NCBI RefSeq assembly: GCF_963921235.1
Contig: NC_086108.1
Span: 23,250,001-23,314,000, forward strand
From: Mobula hypostoma
Taxonomy: Eukaryota
Direction of reading: 5' to 3'
DNA length: 64,000 nt
Every line of letters begins with the position of its first letter. Positions within the stretch are counted from its first letter, which is position 1. Positions 1 to 12,865 of this stretch are shown piece after piece. The notes beneath the pieces were generated by a model. The model searched no databases. It was not told where the DNA came from and saw only the letters and a program-made list of their open reading frames with translations. The position numbers and the translations under genes were made by a program.

Positions 1-319
1 CCTTTCCTATCCCTGCACCCCTATCTGGCTCCATCTGCTCATTTTCCCTTGTTATCATTCTCCACCTGTCACCTACCAGCCTCTATCTCACCCGCACTCT
101 CTCACTTCTGGCAGCATTTCTAAAATCCATAGCCTGTACCATTAACAAGCACATAGGAAAATACTGGAAATAGCAGCTCAGGTAGCATTTGTGGGAGGGA
201 AATAAAATCAATATTTTAGATTCTTGAGATCATCAATCTGAGACATAACTCCGTTTCTTTGTTTCTTTACCCATGGATAATGCTGATCTGCAGAGTAGGG
301 TTTATATTTATTTTTGGTG

Positions 320-800
320 TTATAAGGGATTAGATTCAAAGGATAGATAAGTTATTATTAAATTGTTCTAGCCATTAACACAACTACATTTTGGAGTACT
401 ATCATTTGGTCATCTTACCAGTAGACGATACATTGGCCTTGAAGATATTGTAACAAAATATATGAGTTAATTCCTAAGATGAGGAAAAATTAAGCAAGAT
501 TGTCCTCTGTTTACTGAATTTGGAAGAGTCAGAGGTGGTCAGAATGAGGCATACAGGATGCTGAGAGAGATTGAAAGAATAGATCTTGAGAAATTCCCTT
601 CGAGAAATGAGAAATGCTACCTTAAGAGTAAGGTTTGGCCATTTTGGGCTGAGATGGGGAGAAAATTCAGAATATTTTAAATGTTTAGAGCTCTAATTCT
701 AAGTGAGAAATCACCACTTTGTGGAGTTTATTCAAGGCTCTGTCAGAATTTTGACAGGTTATGGTGACTAAGCAGGAAAATGGAGTTATAGTACAGGATC
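320..800 (+). mobile_element. Old, degenerate CR1 LINE 3' fragment
   Basis: Decayed similarity (catttggagtac, tggaatttggaagagtcagagg) to the 3' RT-tail of the intact CR1 copies in this window; no ORF. Confidence 0.5.
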
Positions 801-1689
801 ATCTATCTTCTAACTAAATACCTGTAAGCAAATGAATCTTTAGGTGGCATATGGTAACATATACAGTACATACATTGATAATAAATGTTATTTTGGACTT
901 TGAAATGATGAACCAGCCTTAAGGGACATTACAGTCTTCTCTATGGTTTCCTTTGTCTGTTTACCTTTCGTTACAATTCTCACTTACGATAATACAATTT
1001 CTTCCTTGATGCTCACTAATATCACTGTTTTCTTTTTCAAGGTTCTCTATCCTTTTCCTGTAGTCCTTCTCAGTTCTTAAGTTTCATTCTTCATCCCAAC
1101 CACTTTGGAGCCATATCAAATCCACTATGCTGCAATTCATTCTGTTTGCTCTTTATATCCAGTGCATCTATTTACAAATGTTTATTTGGACTGCACACTC
1201 TTATTTCCCTCTATTCTCCAAAGTTGTTGTCCTCTGACATTTCCCATGTCTCTTTACTAATTGAATCATCGATGCTGCCCATCTTAGAATTTCTTACAAT
1301 GACATTTTTTTCTTCTTTTCAATTGTTACAGAATTATCATTTTTTATAATTTTCCTCTTTTTTTAATTATGGACTAGTTTAAAAACCTTAAGATTGCCAT
1401 ATTTATACTTTGCCATTCTAATTCCAGTTTTCCTCATGGTGAAACCCATCAAAATGGTACAATTCATTTGCCAACACTGTCGCTCACCAGTAGAACACTT
1501 TGTTCCTCATGTTGTGTATTCACTTCTTTTACCGATATATCATTATTCAAATTTGCATGGTGCAGGTTATAAATTATAACTTTTGAGGTTCTCCTTTTGT
1601 TAAATTTAGTCGTAGCTCTTAACCTCTGAACAGAAAACCTGGCTACAAATGTGGTTGGCTTGAAGATGGGGAGATGCGGAAAGGGGGCA

Positions 1690-2370
1690 GAAGCAGATTA
1701 TGTGGCTACTCAAGCCTGCTCCCCATAATGCAAAGTAATAGCTCATTTAAGCATAGCTTCAACTCCACACTCTGACTTGTTTCCCCAGCCCTTCACTCTC
1801 CTAATGACTTGTCACAGTTCCTCCTTGCCTTGAGTATATCAATGGAGACAATCTATACAACTGTTTTGAATTGAGAATTCCAAAGACTTACAACCTTTTC
1901 TGAGAGGAAATTTTTCTCCATCTTAGTCTTAAATGGGTGTTCACTTATACTGACCTATGCGGCCCAGTTCTTGGCTTTACATAAGGAAATCTTCTCTTAA
2001 CATATCAAGAGAAAATCCGCAGATGCTGGAAATCCAAGCAACACACACAAAATGCTGGATGAACTCAGCAGGCCAGGCAGCATCTATGGAAAGGAGTAAA
2101 CAGTCGATGTTTCGGGCTGAGACCCTTCATCAGGACATCTCTTATCAAGGCATCTCGGGTTCATGTATGTTTCGGTAAAATTATTTTTCCTCTACACCAC
2201 AGAGAAAATTGGCCCAAACTGCTTTGGCAACTCTTGTTAGTTAATGAGACTAGAGTAGTATGCAGTAATTCAAGTTTGGTTAAACTATGCATCATTTTGC
2301 ATTCCACATCTTGCAACAGTGGCAAATGTCCCATTTCCCTTCTGAATTACTTGCTGCACCTTAATGCTAA
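1690..2370 (-). mobile_element. Old CR1 3' fragment interrupted by a PLE pseudo-LTR piece
   Basis: gagaattccaaagactta and tttttctccatcttagtcttaaatggg resemble the minus-strand CR1 tails at 24043 and 37485. Confidence 0.5.
2009..2136 (-). mobile_element. Short PLE pseudo-LTR fragment with hammerhead motif
   Basis: Reverse complement reads gtcCTGATGAagggtctcagcccGAAAcATCgactg...ttccagcatctgcgga, homologous to 54402-54530. Confidence 0.85.
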
Positions 2371-2487
2371 CTGAAGAAGGACCTCAGCATGAAATATTGT
2401 CTGTTTGTTTATTTCCATGGACCCACTGAGTTCTTCCAGCAGTCTGAGTATGTTGCTTTGGATTTCCAGCATCTGCAGAATTTCTTG
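2371..2487 (+). mobile_element. Short degenerate PLE pseudo-LTR fragment
   Basis: CTGAAGAagg...GAAA...ttccagcatctgcagaatttc, flanked by a TGCTAACT duplication (2365-2372 and 2488-2495). Confidence 0.75.
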
Positions 2488-2716
2488 TGCTAACTTTCTG
2501 TGATTATTATATGAAGATATTATGATTTTTCAAAAAACTATTAAACCAAACTGCCATGACTACTTCCATTCAAGGGTGAAAATACCTGATTACCATTGTA
2601 TACTGAAATGTACAATTCCTTTCTTACCAATGACCCATACTGGCCCTTGTCTACTTGTTTTCACCTTTGCTTCCGCCCCAGAATCTTTCAGGTAACTTGA
2701 AATGCTTTTTACCCTG

Positions 2717-3241
2717 TGTCATGTGTGAAGCCAAGCAGAGCTGCAGAATGGATGATGTTAATGAGAGAGATAACGAGAGACAATGAGAGCCATTCAAAAT
2801 GCTAATAAGAGAGAAGAGAGGGATAACGAGACACATAATTCAGTATGTTGGTGTCTGCCACGACAGTTTGCTTTGAACCTGAACTGTTCATTAACAATCC
2901 TGCTGAGACAATAGGAAATGTGAAGTTTGATGGACAGGTGATACCCCACCAGGGGGATAAAAATGGCGGGTTTGCTAAGGCACAGGACACACACCACGAG
3001 ACCCTGGAAAGAGCATTGTGCCCCACAAGTTGGTGGGGGTTTGGAGGACCGATTCATGGGAATTGGCCAGAGGCTCACAGGGTGTAAAGGTACGACAGGT
3101 GGGGACCTGTTGTGTGTCCGCCCTTGCCTGGGTGCCAGGTTCACCACGGAATAACGGTCGCATCTGGAACGGAAGGGTCACCATCGGTGACCACAGCGGG
3201 ATCAGAAGGCATTGAAAAGTTTGCCTGAAACCTCAACTGTA

Positions 3242-3297
<56 letters not shown>

Positions 3298-3572
3298 CCT
3301 CTCTCTCTCTCTCTCTCTCTCGACTGAACTGAACCCTGCTTCACCTTAGGACTGATCATTTTACCCCTAGACTGCGATAGAGCTTGGTTGATTCCTATTA
3401 CCCTATGTTTGTGTATACTATCATTGCTAACCTGTTACATTTATATCCTTGCGGTTCATGTACTGTATTACTTATTTTTGTTAATAAAACTTTATTAGCT
3501 TCTAGTAATCACAGACTCCGACGAGTGTTCCATTTCTGCTGGTTTGACATCCCAGTTATGGGGTACGTAACA
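2717..3572 (+). mobile_element. Solo LTR (856 bp), Gypsy-like or ERV
   Basis: TGTCATGT...ACGTAACA imperfect inverted termini, 4-bp TSD CCTG (2713-2716 and 3573-3576), AATAAA at 3483-3488. Confidence 0.85.
3238..3320. repeat. Compound microsatellite (TG)n(TA)n(TC)n inside the LTR
   Basis: Read directly from the sequence. Confidence 0.95.
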
Positions 3573-5053
3573 CCTGGCATTGATGGGCAACATTCTACAT
3601 TTGGGACTCTGCTTCCAAAGAGAATTAGATGTCCCCCTAATTATGAAATCCCATAGAACAACCACAATACACATTCTCCCTTTGTCAATGCCCAACTTCA
3701 AGTCGACGACAAAGTACTACACTGGTTTAGAAAGAATTATTCACGATTACTCCAGTCTCAATGACTTTGAGCCACAGAGATTGAAGTCATGTGCTGATGA
3801 GTTCAATTTGTAATGTGACTGGCCTCAAACTTACCCCAACTGTATTTCACACACAGCCTGTATTACTATGTTCTTCTATCATTTGTGACAATGCTTACAG
3901 AGAGATTTTCTGCAGTTTTAGGATTATTAGCCAACAGAGACATGAATAAATAAAATAATTCTATGTTAATAGATAAAAACACTAGCTGAGAGAGGATAGC
4001 TTTGCTTTGTGTGACCTTTAATGAACCCAAATACAATTCATCCACTGTCACACATTTAATTTTTCAGTATTGATATCCCTAGAATTAGCAAACACAGAAA
4101 TTACGGGGGAAAATGTGATTCATATTTGTTTGTTTTATATAGAAGTTCTGCTAGTCTACTTTTTGCAACTTGTTAATGTCAATTGGACTTTTAAAGTTTG
4201 ATTTATGTCTTTTCTTAACGTCCTTATCAAAGATATAAGAACAGGTCACACTGATTGTTGTAAGTTCAGATTTACTGCACGTTCCACTTCCCCTGTTTCA
4301 TACTTTAGTGGGAGTTATCTGATATAGGCCCTGTTTGCAAATGTAAGATTAAGTCATTCAGATCTCGGAACATTGCTATCCCCTTGTGTCACATACCTTT
4401 TGTATTTAGTCTTCCTTGCATTTTTAGAGGTCAGTCTGAGGAAACACTCGTTGAGATGAGCATTGATTTCAATCAATAATCTGTTTGACAGTACAAGGTG
4501 AACTTGTGGAGCAACAGAAATGATTGATCACAGTTTGTTCTTATTAATACATTAACACACAAAACAGTTCTGCCCAGAAATTGTACCCTTTTGAAGTGGA
4601 AATCTTGAAATTAATTTAATGCAGCTTTTAGTGCAATAGAAACCATTTCTTGTTAAATTCCTGCCCAAATGGAAAATTGGACAAGGCACTTATGAGGTGT
4701 AGTTCACTTTGGGATAACTAATACCTTACTGGTACTATTCAGTTACAGACCTGCCTTACTAATGGAAACTAAAGCAATAATATGCCACCAATTACTTTCC
4801 TTTTCTACCCCTTGTAAAATAGGGCGCAAGTCAGCAAGGCAAAATTATTTATAGGATTACTGTCAAATTGCCAAATTATAATTGTTTGTATTTATCTACC
4901 ATTTAGTATTCTGCATATTTCAAATGGGGTAAACACAGCACTGGATTTGTGTATCATGTAAATGTGAATTGTTTCTAGTCCTGCACATTTTCACACTAAA
5001 GTGTGTTAGCAGTAAATTAGCTTAACAAAGATGTGCAGCTCTTTCTTTTACTG

Positions 5054-5824
5054 AGGTGGTACACTTTGGAAGGACAAACTCCAAGGCAGAGTACAAAGTA
5101 AATGGCAGGATACTTGGTAGTGTGGAGGAGCAGAGGGATCTGGGGGTACATGTCTACAGATCCCTGAAAGTTGCCTCACAGGTGGATAGGGTAGTTAAGA
5201 AAGCTTATGGGGTGTTAGCTTTCATTAGTCGAGGGATACAGTTTAAGAGTCGCGATGTAATGATGCAGCTCTATAAAACTCTGGGTTAGGCCACACTTGG
5301 AGTACTGTGTCCATTTCTGGTCACCTCACTATAGGAAGGATGTGGAAGCATTGGAAAGGGTACAGAGGAGATTTACCAGGATGCTGCCTAGTTTAGAGAG
5401 TATGCATTATGATCAGAGATTAAGGGAGCTAGGGCTTTACTCTTTGAAGAGAAGGAGGATGAGAGGAGACATGATAGAGGTATACAAGATATTAAGAGGA
5501 ATAGATAGAGTGGATAGCCAGCGCCTCTTCCCTAGGGCACCACTGCTCAATACAAGAGGACATGGCTTTAAGGTAAGGGGTGGGAAGTTCACGGGGGATA
5601 TTAGAGGAAGGTTTTTTACTCAGAGAGTGGTTGGTGCATGGAATGCACTGCCTGAGTCAGTGGTGGAGGCAGATACACGAGTGAAGTTTAAGAGATGACT
5701 GGACAGGTATATGGAGGAATTTAAATTGGGGGCTTATATGGGAGGCAGGGCTTGAGGGTCAGCACAACATTGTGGGCTGAAGGGCCTGTACTGTTCTGTA
5801 CTATTCTATGTTCTATGTTTTATG
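5054..5824 (+). mobile_element. Young 5'-truncated CR1 LINE
   Basis: ORFs 5056-5289 and 5297-5698 encode the CR1 RT C-terminus (RPHLEYC, FFTQRVV..WNALP). (TTCTATG)n tail. Nearly identical to the 3' end of 31723-33875. Confidence 0.93.
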
Positions 5825-6129
5825 TTACTGTAACAAATAATGTTTCATCAACAACATCACGGTCAGTGGCAGCTATAGTGTCTTTAACATGGCAAAACAT
5901 ATTTCCAGAGAAGAAAATCGTGTGTGGCACATTGTCGGAGAATTGTCATATAGAAATCGACATTTAAGTCAAAGAAAGAAAAGCACGGTTGAGCAAAGAT
6001 TGCTCAGAAAAGTAAGTCTTAAAGGCTATCTTGTGATTAAGATTCCAAAAAGGTTTAGGACAGAAATTCCAAGCTTGACAGTAAGCTCCTATCTTCAACA
6101 TCATTATGTGCCGTGTTGTATGACATAGG

Positions 6130-6500
6130 TGAACAATGGTCTTCCACCTGTCTTTAATCTGCTAATAAGCTCTTCTTATTCTTTTCTCTATCCTTGACCA
6201 TGATTGTTCTTGGCAAATTTTCTACAGAAGTGCGGCCTTCTGGGCTGTGTATTTACAAGACGGGTGACCCTAGCTATTACTACTCTTCAGAGACTGTCTG
6301 CCTGGATTCAGTGGTCGCATAACCAGGAGGTACTATGCCCCAACCGCTCATCCGACCATCTGCCACCTGCTCCCATGGCTTCTCGTGACCCTGCTCAGGG
6401 GGCTAAGCAGGTGCTATCCCTTACTCAGTGGTGACCTGCAGGCTCATGGAGGGAAGGAGTGCCTTAGACCTGCTTTGGTGGAGATTCCACCCTTAATTCA
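6130..6500 (-). mobile_element. Probable RTE-mobilised SINE or non-autonomous fragment
   Basis: ttgttcttggcaaattttctacagaagtg resembles BovB/Sauria-type 3' tails; recognised from memory only. Confidence 0.4.
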
Positions 6501-6562
6501 GCCCTAAAGTCTCAGTGAATGAAGGGGTCACTGGTGGATGTGACCTAAGAAGGATCATACTT

Positions 6563-6657
6563 ACACATCCATAAAATGCTGGAGGAGCTCAGCAGCTCAG
6601 GAGGCATCTATGGAAAGGAACAAATAGATGATGTTTCAGGCTGAGACCCTTCATCAT
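6563..6657 (-). mobile_element. Short PLE pseudo-LTR fragment
   Basis: aaaatgctggaggagctcagcag...tgtttcaggctgagacccttcatca, homologous to 2009-2136. Confidence 0.8.
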
Positions 6658-9262
6658 CACGTGTTCATTCAAGTGTAAACACAGTTCCTTGGGACTGGAG
6701 TTGCCAACATCCTGTCCTCATACACCCTAGACAGCATTTTGAACCTGCTATGTTGAAAGCTTTTCTATTTAGCTTGTCTTAAAGTTGAATGGGTTTGGGG
6801 GAGTCTTCTGTTTGTATCTAGTGGGAATTTTCCCACCATGAAGAACTAATCATTCAGGCAACAGTGAAAAGGACTGTGAAATGATTGTCTAGACAAACTG
6901 TGTGCTTTCTTGTGGTTGGGGTTTCGGCCAAATCAGAGGAAATTTATGCTTTTCTTGACCTGTGGGTGACTGAGGCAGGAAGGTATTCCATTCTTCAGAA
7001 TGACCTTCCTCACCAAGAAAATATTAAATCACACAGAGGGAGAAAAGAAAAATTGTCTCTTGCCAGTAAAACATTAAACTGGTGTGGCAAGAAACATTCA
7101 TGTAATTTTAGTTACATAACTTAAGAATTTGGAATAACATGATCAGTACAAAAGTTGCTTTTTGAGTCATTTCCTCTTTCTACCTTTCTGTTTTTTAATT
7201 TCTTGCCAGTGAGATGTCAACCTTGGCATGACTATCACAGTGTTCTTGTTCCTGCCAGGGTTGCTGGTGAAGAGGAAATAGTAAGCAGGCTCTCTGTGTC
7301 ATTTGTTTGCCAAGTATCCTCTGGCAGGATGGAAAATGTGCTATAATTGTGCTTTAAGAAACCACATCCAGAGTATTGTTCATCTGCGGGCACCACATTG
7401 CAAGAAGCCTGTATCACTTTGGGAGAGGTTGCAACACAGAATGATATTGTAAGAACAGGTCTCATAAACTTGTTTTATATTCCATAACTATAGGAGACTG
7501 AGGCATGAGCTAATTGATTTATTTTAACAAGATTAAATCATTTGATAGGATAGTTAGAAAGTAAAGTTTCCTTTGAATACAAAATAAGGATACATAAATA
7601 AAAGCAGGTATATGTCATTCAGATTTCCGGGTACATGTTATTCAAGCAATATTTCTGTAAATCTTTCCACCATCTCCCTGTCTCCTCTCTCAAAATAACA
7701 AGCTGTTAAAAGCTAGGATCAGGTGAAAATGTCAAAACTGAGATGGTCACACAAGCACAGTATAGAAGCAGCCCCTTCAGTATTTCTCCTGCCCCCAAGA
7801 CTGTGCTAATTATCTTGCACCCATTTTAAACAACACACAGATAGCACCGGAAGTCACAACTGAATCTGGGTTGCTGGAGCCATGAGGCAGCAGGTGTACA
7901 GGCTGTGCCACTGTACGCCGCCAATATAAGATATGGGTTAGAGGATTATGGAGCTCAAACATGTAAAGGGCAGCCAAAAGTTGAGGGAATGCCAAAATAA
8001 CCTCAAGCAGTTGGATGACCAGCTCTTGGACCTTTCTGTGTATTTTTGGCTTGGTGAGACGAAGTATGTGACTAAATACAAAATTGTTCGTGTGTTTCTT
8101 TGACTTGGATGGAAAATGTCTCTCTAAACCAGTTAACCTCCCAGAATTATGTGCATCTGTATGCATTATGAAACAGTACCATCTCATGTCACAAACTGTA
8201 TCATTCTAATAGTGTATATGGCACTCAGCAGCATGTTTCTGAAGTGCTGTTAACATTTGGACTGAGGTTTTGCCAAGCCTGGTCATTCTTCAAAGAACAA
8301 TATAAAGGGAGGAGGTACATTTATCCAGCGCATTTATCTTCTCACCATGTCTTGGAACATTTCACAGCTGGACAGGTACTTGGAAAATATGGCCACTGTT
8401 GTCATATGGGGAAACACAGGAACCAATGTCATTACAGTTAGCTCCTGCAAGATCAGTGAGACAAAAGGAATAAATGTTGGTTTAGTTAGTTTGGGTGGAG
8501 GGGGTAAATATAAGCTAGAATACAAAAAGGGCAGTTCTTTCAAATAGTGCCCAAGATTTTCCTTTTTATATGTTCGCTTGAGAGGAATGATCTGGTATAC
8601 TATTTTGTTTTGGGGAAATGGGCAGTTTAAGGATTGTAATATTCCCAGTGCACTAAGCTAAGACAGAAAAAAACATAATAAACTGGATGAGGCATTAGCC
8701 AATTGGCCCTTTCACCCTGTTGCACTGTTAATTAACATCATGGCTGTTACTTCACTTTCCCTTTCCCCTTGCCTCCTTTGTTGTTAAGGTGTTTGTTAAG
8801 CTGTGCCTTGAATTTATTCAGTGCCACCACCTCGAGAACTCTCTGGAACAGAGAGTTCCAAAGACTCTTAACCCTCCGAGGAAAGAAATCCACCCCTATC
8901 TCCATCTTGAGGACGTGACCACTTTTTTTGAAAACATGTCCACCAGGGGAATCATTCTCTCAACATCCACCCTACCAAAGCCTCTCAGAATCTTATATAA
9001 TTCCATAAGATCATATTTCATTATTCTTATGATCCAATGAGTGTAATACCATCCCAGATTAAATCCTCATTATTGAATTTGAGATAACTACTGACTTGGG
9101 TATAAGCTCCAAATTGTTTTTAATAGGATTTGTAATTTAATAGGAAAAGAAAATTGAGGCAATACTTTCTCTCCACAGAGTCAGACCTCAGCTATGTGTT
9201 TTGTCTGCATTGATCCTTGCTTGGTTTTGGTTCAATAAAAGCCAACAGCCTTTTCCAAGTTG

Positions 9263-9872
9263 CAGACATCCCACCCTGAAAAAATAATTTTAGGCAGGTA
9301 GCACCCCATCCTCCACAACCCCATGTACCCCATACCCCCAGTTGACCTCCAAGGGTGTATGTAATACTTTGTTTAATGATTTTTGTCTAATCTGTAAACC
9401 AAGTTGGGTATATGCAGAAAAAGTGACATTAAAATATGTACTTATATTATCATGTTTATTCTATTACAACTTTAAGCATGTCTACAGGGAGTTTGGCCTC
9501 ATCACATCGGACATCAATAGAGTAGCTCTTTAGCAGCTACCCAGCTAGTTTAAATAACATTAGCTATGTTAATGAATGAATGACACCTGTTAAACTCACC
9601 TCAACATGTCTTTTACATTTTAACCCACCATGAGCAATAGAAAAGTCATTGTTGCAAACAGTGCAACGAGCAACACTTTCATTATTTTTGAGGTTGACTG
9701 TAAAGCCTGCCCACAGAGAAAACTGATAGGTCTACTTAGCATGAAGAGAGACCAATCAGGATGCTCCCTCTCCCTCTGAAAAAAATAGATTTCTGGGATA
9801 TTGTGTATAATTTCCAGGCATCAGGGAGCCACTATCAATATATGGGAGACTGAATGCGGGGTGAGATGTCTG
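9263..9872. mobile_element. Non-autonomous DNA transposon (MITE-like)
   Basis: Terminal inverted repeats CAGACATCCCACCC and GGGTGAGATGTCTG (1 mismatch); flanks AAGTTG and TAGTTG. Confidence 0.7.
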
Positions 9873-10107
9873 TAGTTGTTACCTCACCCAAGTGTCCATT
9901 CTTCATATTTAGCAGTTCTAGTAATGAATGATACAGGAACTTCATTACCATTGCAGAAATTTTAAAAAATGATTACAGTTAATGAACGAAAAAATAATTG
10001 TCATAAAAACCTTATTGGTTTGCTGTTGACGCAAGGAAGGACATTACCTCAACTTCAACAGTGAGTTGCTCATTGATCAGAGTAGCTGGACTGGTGTCGA
10101 AGGAGTC

Positions 10108-10194
10108 AGCTGAGATGTCAAAGAAGCCTGTCAGGATATTAGAGGAGACCATCCGGATATCAGAGGAACCTGTTAGAATATCGGAGGAGCCTGA
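10108..10194. repeat. Degenerate minisatellite, about 21-bp unit, about 4 copies
   Basis: Variants of gtcaggatatcagaggagcct in tandem. Confidence 0.7.
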
Positions 10195-11440
10195 CTCTGT
10201 TAGATAGTGATAATGTAAGCTGTCACAGGCCTGTTACCCTTGCCTGCTGGAGGGGCAGTCAACATGCGAGCTATGTAGCCTCAGTAGCAGCAAGAACTAG
10301 GCCTCAAGCCTTGGGCTTGCCTGCTGCTGCAGAGCAGGTGAGAGACGCGGAAGCGCTACAGTGTGGGTGAACTCAGCTGGGGCCTGAGCTTGCCCGTTAG
10401 TGCCATTCTCCCACGTTCAAGCGATGAAATGACAGGCTGATCTGCGTGCATCTGTACACTGCCGGGAGACTGTACCGTCAATTGCTGGACATTGTTGCTC
10501 AGGGTCTTGGACTATATATGTTCAGTTTTCGAGTGAATATGCTTCTTCTTTGCTCGATAGTTAGAATTATGTTACTTGCTACTTTTGAATGTTTGCTTGC
10601 TATTTTGAATATTTTAGAAACTCTGTCTCATTCAGCTGTATCTATGCATTGTTTGAATGATTATTAAATTTGATTTGATTGAAGTAATATATGGCATCAA
10701 AGGAATTGACTGCTGTTAACTTTTGGAGTGCTGAGGCAAACCTCTTAGCACTGGTGTTTCTTCATGAATTATTGCGGCAATCTAATGAAATTATGTTCAT
10801 CAAATGAGTAGAGATGGACAAAAATAGCAGCCCTGGCAAGAATGTCCATTTCCCAAGTAGGAACAAAACTAAAGTGATTAGTAGATACTGAATGTCTACT
10901 AATTAGGCTGATTGATCATGAGTCTTATTGAGATCAATTTATAACAATCAGGGCCTGGAATATGTGTTTCTGAGGGCTGCAGAAATAGCATAACCATTGA
11001 TGAAATCTCTGTGTAACTTAATGCTACATCAGGATGTAAACAATCCTTGTCTGTCTTAACGTTGTCCACTATTCATTGCTTAGTCACATACCGTAAACTT
11101 TCTGACTTGCTTGCCACATGGATGCCTGGTTATTCCAAGTCTCCTCCACTCCTATATCATTGGCTTTCGGAAAAACCATGAAAGGCAGCATTCATGATGT
11201 TGGAGTGTGGTGGTTAGGCCTGTTGACCTAGACCTGTTGCTGCAGTGGAAGTCTCCCTTACAGCTAGGAAATGAGAAGGCAAGCATTGCAAATTTGAGGT
11301 TTTACAAAAATTGATGTGGATTATTTTTAACACCATATTAAAACATCAGGGCAGTACTTCTGAATGAAATTTCCACCAAATTTCTCTCACATTGAAGATA
11401 TTTTTCTCATTTTTTGGGGGGTCCAGTAACTAGTGACCTC

Positions 11441-12455
11441 AAAATGAGAAAATCTGCGGATGCTGGAAATCCAAAGCAACACACACAAAATGCTGGAGGA
11501 ACTCAGCAGTCCAGGCAGGATCTATGGAAAAGAGTAAACAGTCATTTTTTTGGGCCAAGACCCTTCATCAGGACTGGAAAGGAAGGGGGAAGGAGTCAAA
11601 CTAAAAAGGTAGAGGGTAGGGAGGAACTAGTAGAAGGTGGCAAGTGATAGGTGAAACTGGGAGAGGGAGATGGTGAAGTACCGGGAAGTTGATTGGTGAA
11701 AGAGATAAAGGGCTGGAGAAGGGGGAATTTCATAGGAATGGACAGAAGACCATGGAGAAAGGGAAGAGGGAGGTGATTGGTAGGCAAGGAGATAAGCTGA
11801 GAGAGGGAAACAGAAATGAAGAATGTTGAAGCGGTGGCGAGGGGGTGGGTGGTAGCAATTACAGAAGTTTGAAAAGTCGATTTTGGTTAGAGGCTACCCG
11901 GATGGAATATAAGGTGTTCTTCCCCCAACCTGAGTGTGGCCTCATCGTGGTAGTGGAGGAGGCTGTGAACTGACATGTCAGAATGGGAATGGGAAGTAAA
12001 ATTGAAATGAGTGGCTGCCAGGAAATCCTGCTTTTGGTGTCAGATGGAGCGAAGGTGCTTGATGAAGCAGTCTTCCGATCTATGTCGGGTCTCGTGGAAA
12101 TACATGAGGCCATACGGGGAGCATCAGATACAGTAGATGACCCTAACAGACTCACATGTGAATTTTCACTTCACCTGGAAGGACTGTTTGGGGCTCTGAA
12201 TGGTAGTGAGTGAGGAGGTGTAGGGGCAGATGTGGGCACTTGTTCTGCTTGCAGGGATAAATACCAGGAGGGAGATCAGTGGGGAGAGACAAATGGAGAA
12301 GAGAGTTGCGTAGGGAGCGAATCCTGAGCAAAGTGGAAAGGTGGGGGGGGGAGAGAAAGATGTGCTTGGTGGTGGGATTCTGTTGGAGATGGCAGAAGTT
12401 ATGGAAAATTATGCGCTAGACGCAGAGGCTAGTGTTGTAGTAAGTAAGGACAAGA
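11441..12455 (-). mobile_element. Decayed Penelope-like element (GIY-YIG region plus pseudo-LTR)
   Basis: Reverse-complement homolog of about 53570-54530. The hammerhead GAAA box is lost at 11539-11574. Confidence 0.85.
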
Positions 12456-12865
12456 TCTTGCTGATTCCCAAGGTCAGAATCCCATAGCACCAGCCACTCA
12501 AGCTCATGGGCTGGACAAGTTGCTCATTTTGTTAAATAGAGGGCAGTTTAAGAAAACCTCTCTGATAGGCTTGTCAGCACGAAAAAAGAATTTTGGAGTA
12601 CAAAATGGTGTTGGCGGTATAGGGTGACTTTTTACGGGCAGCTCGCAGGAAAGCATCTGGATATACATCTTCTGAACCATTATCACTGCAGTTTGCAGCC
12701 TGTAATTTCTCTTAAACACTTTGAATAATCTGAATTCACTAATGATTTTACAATCTGCTGATGAGCCTGAAGGACTTGGCGAACTTGACTCTCAGCTACG
12801 TAGGTACAGTACCTGAGAGCAACCTGATGTCCATCATAGAAAGCAAGGTCACTGCAGGGGTCTCT

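Noticed and set aside
2794..3215. Cluster of overlapping short ORFs
   Set aside because: They lie within the GC-richer part of a solo LTR and show no recognisable protein motifs.
11539..11574. Active hammerhead in older PLE copies (also 47408-47445)
   Set aside because: The GAAA and/or CUGANGA boxes are mutated.
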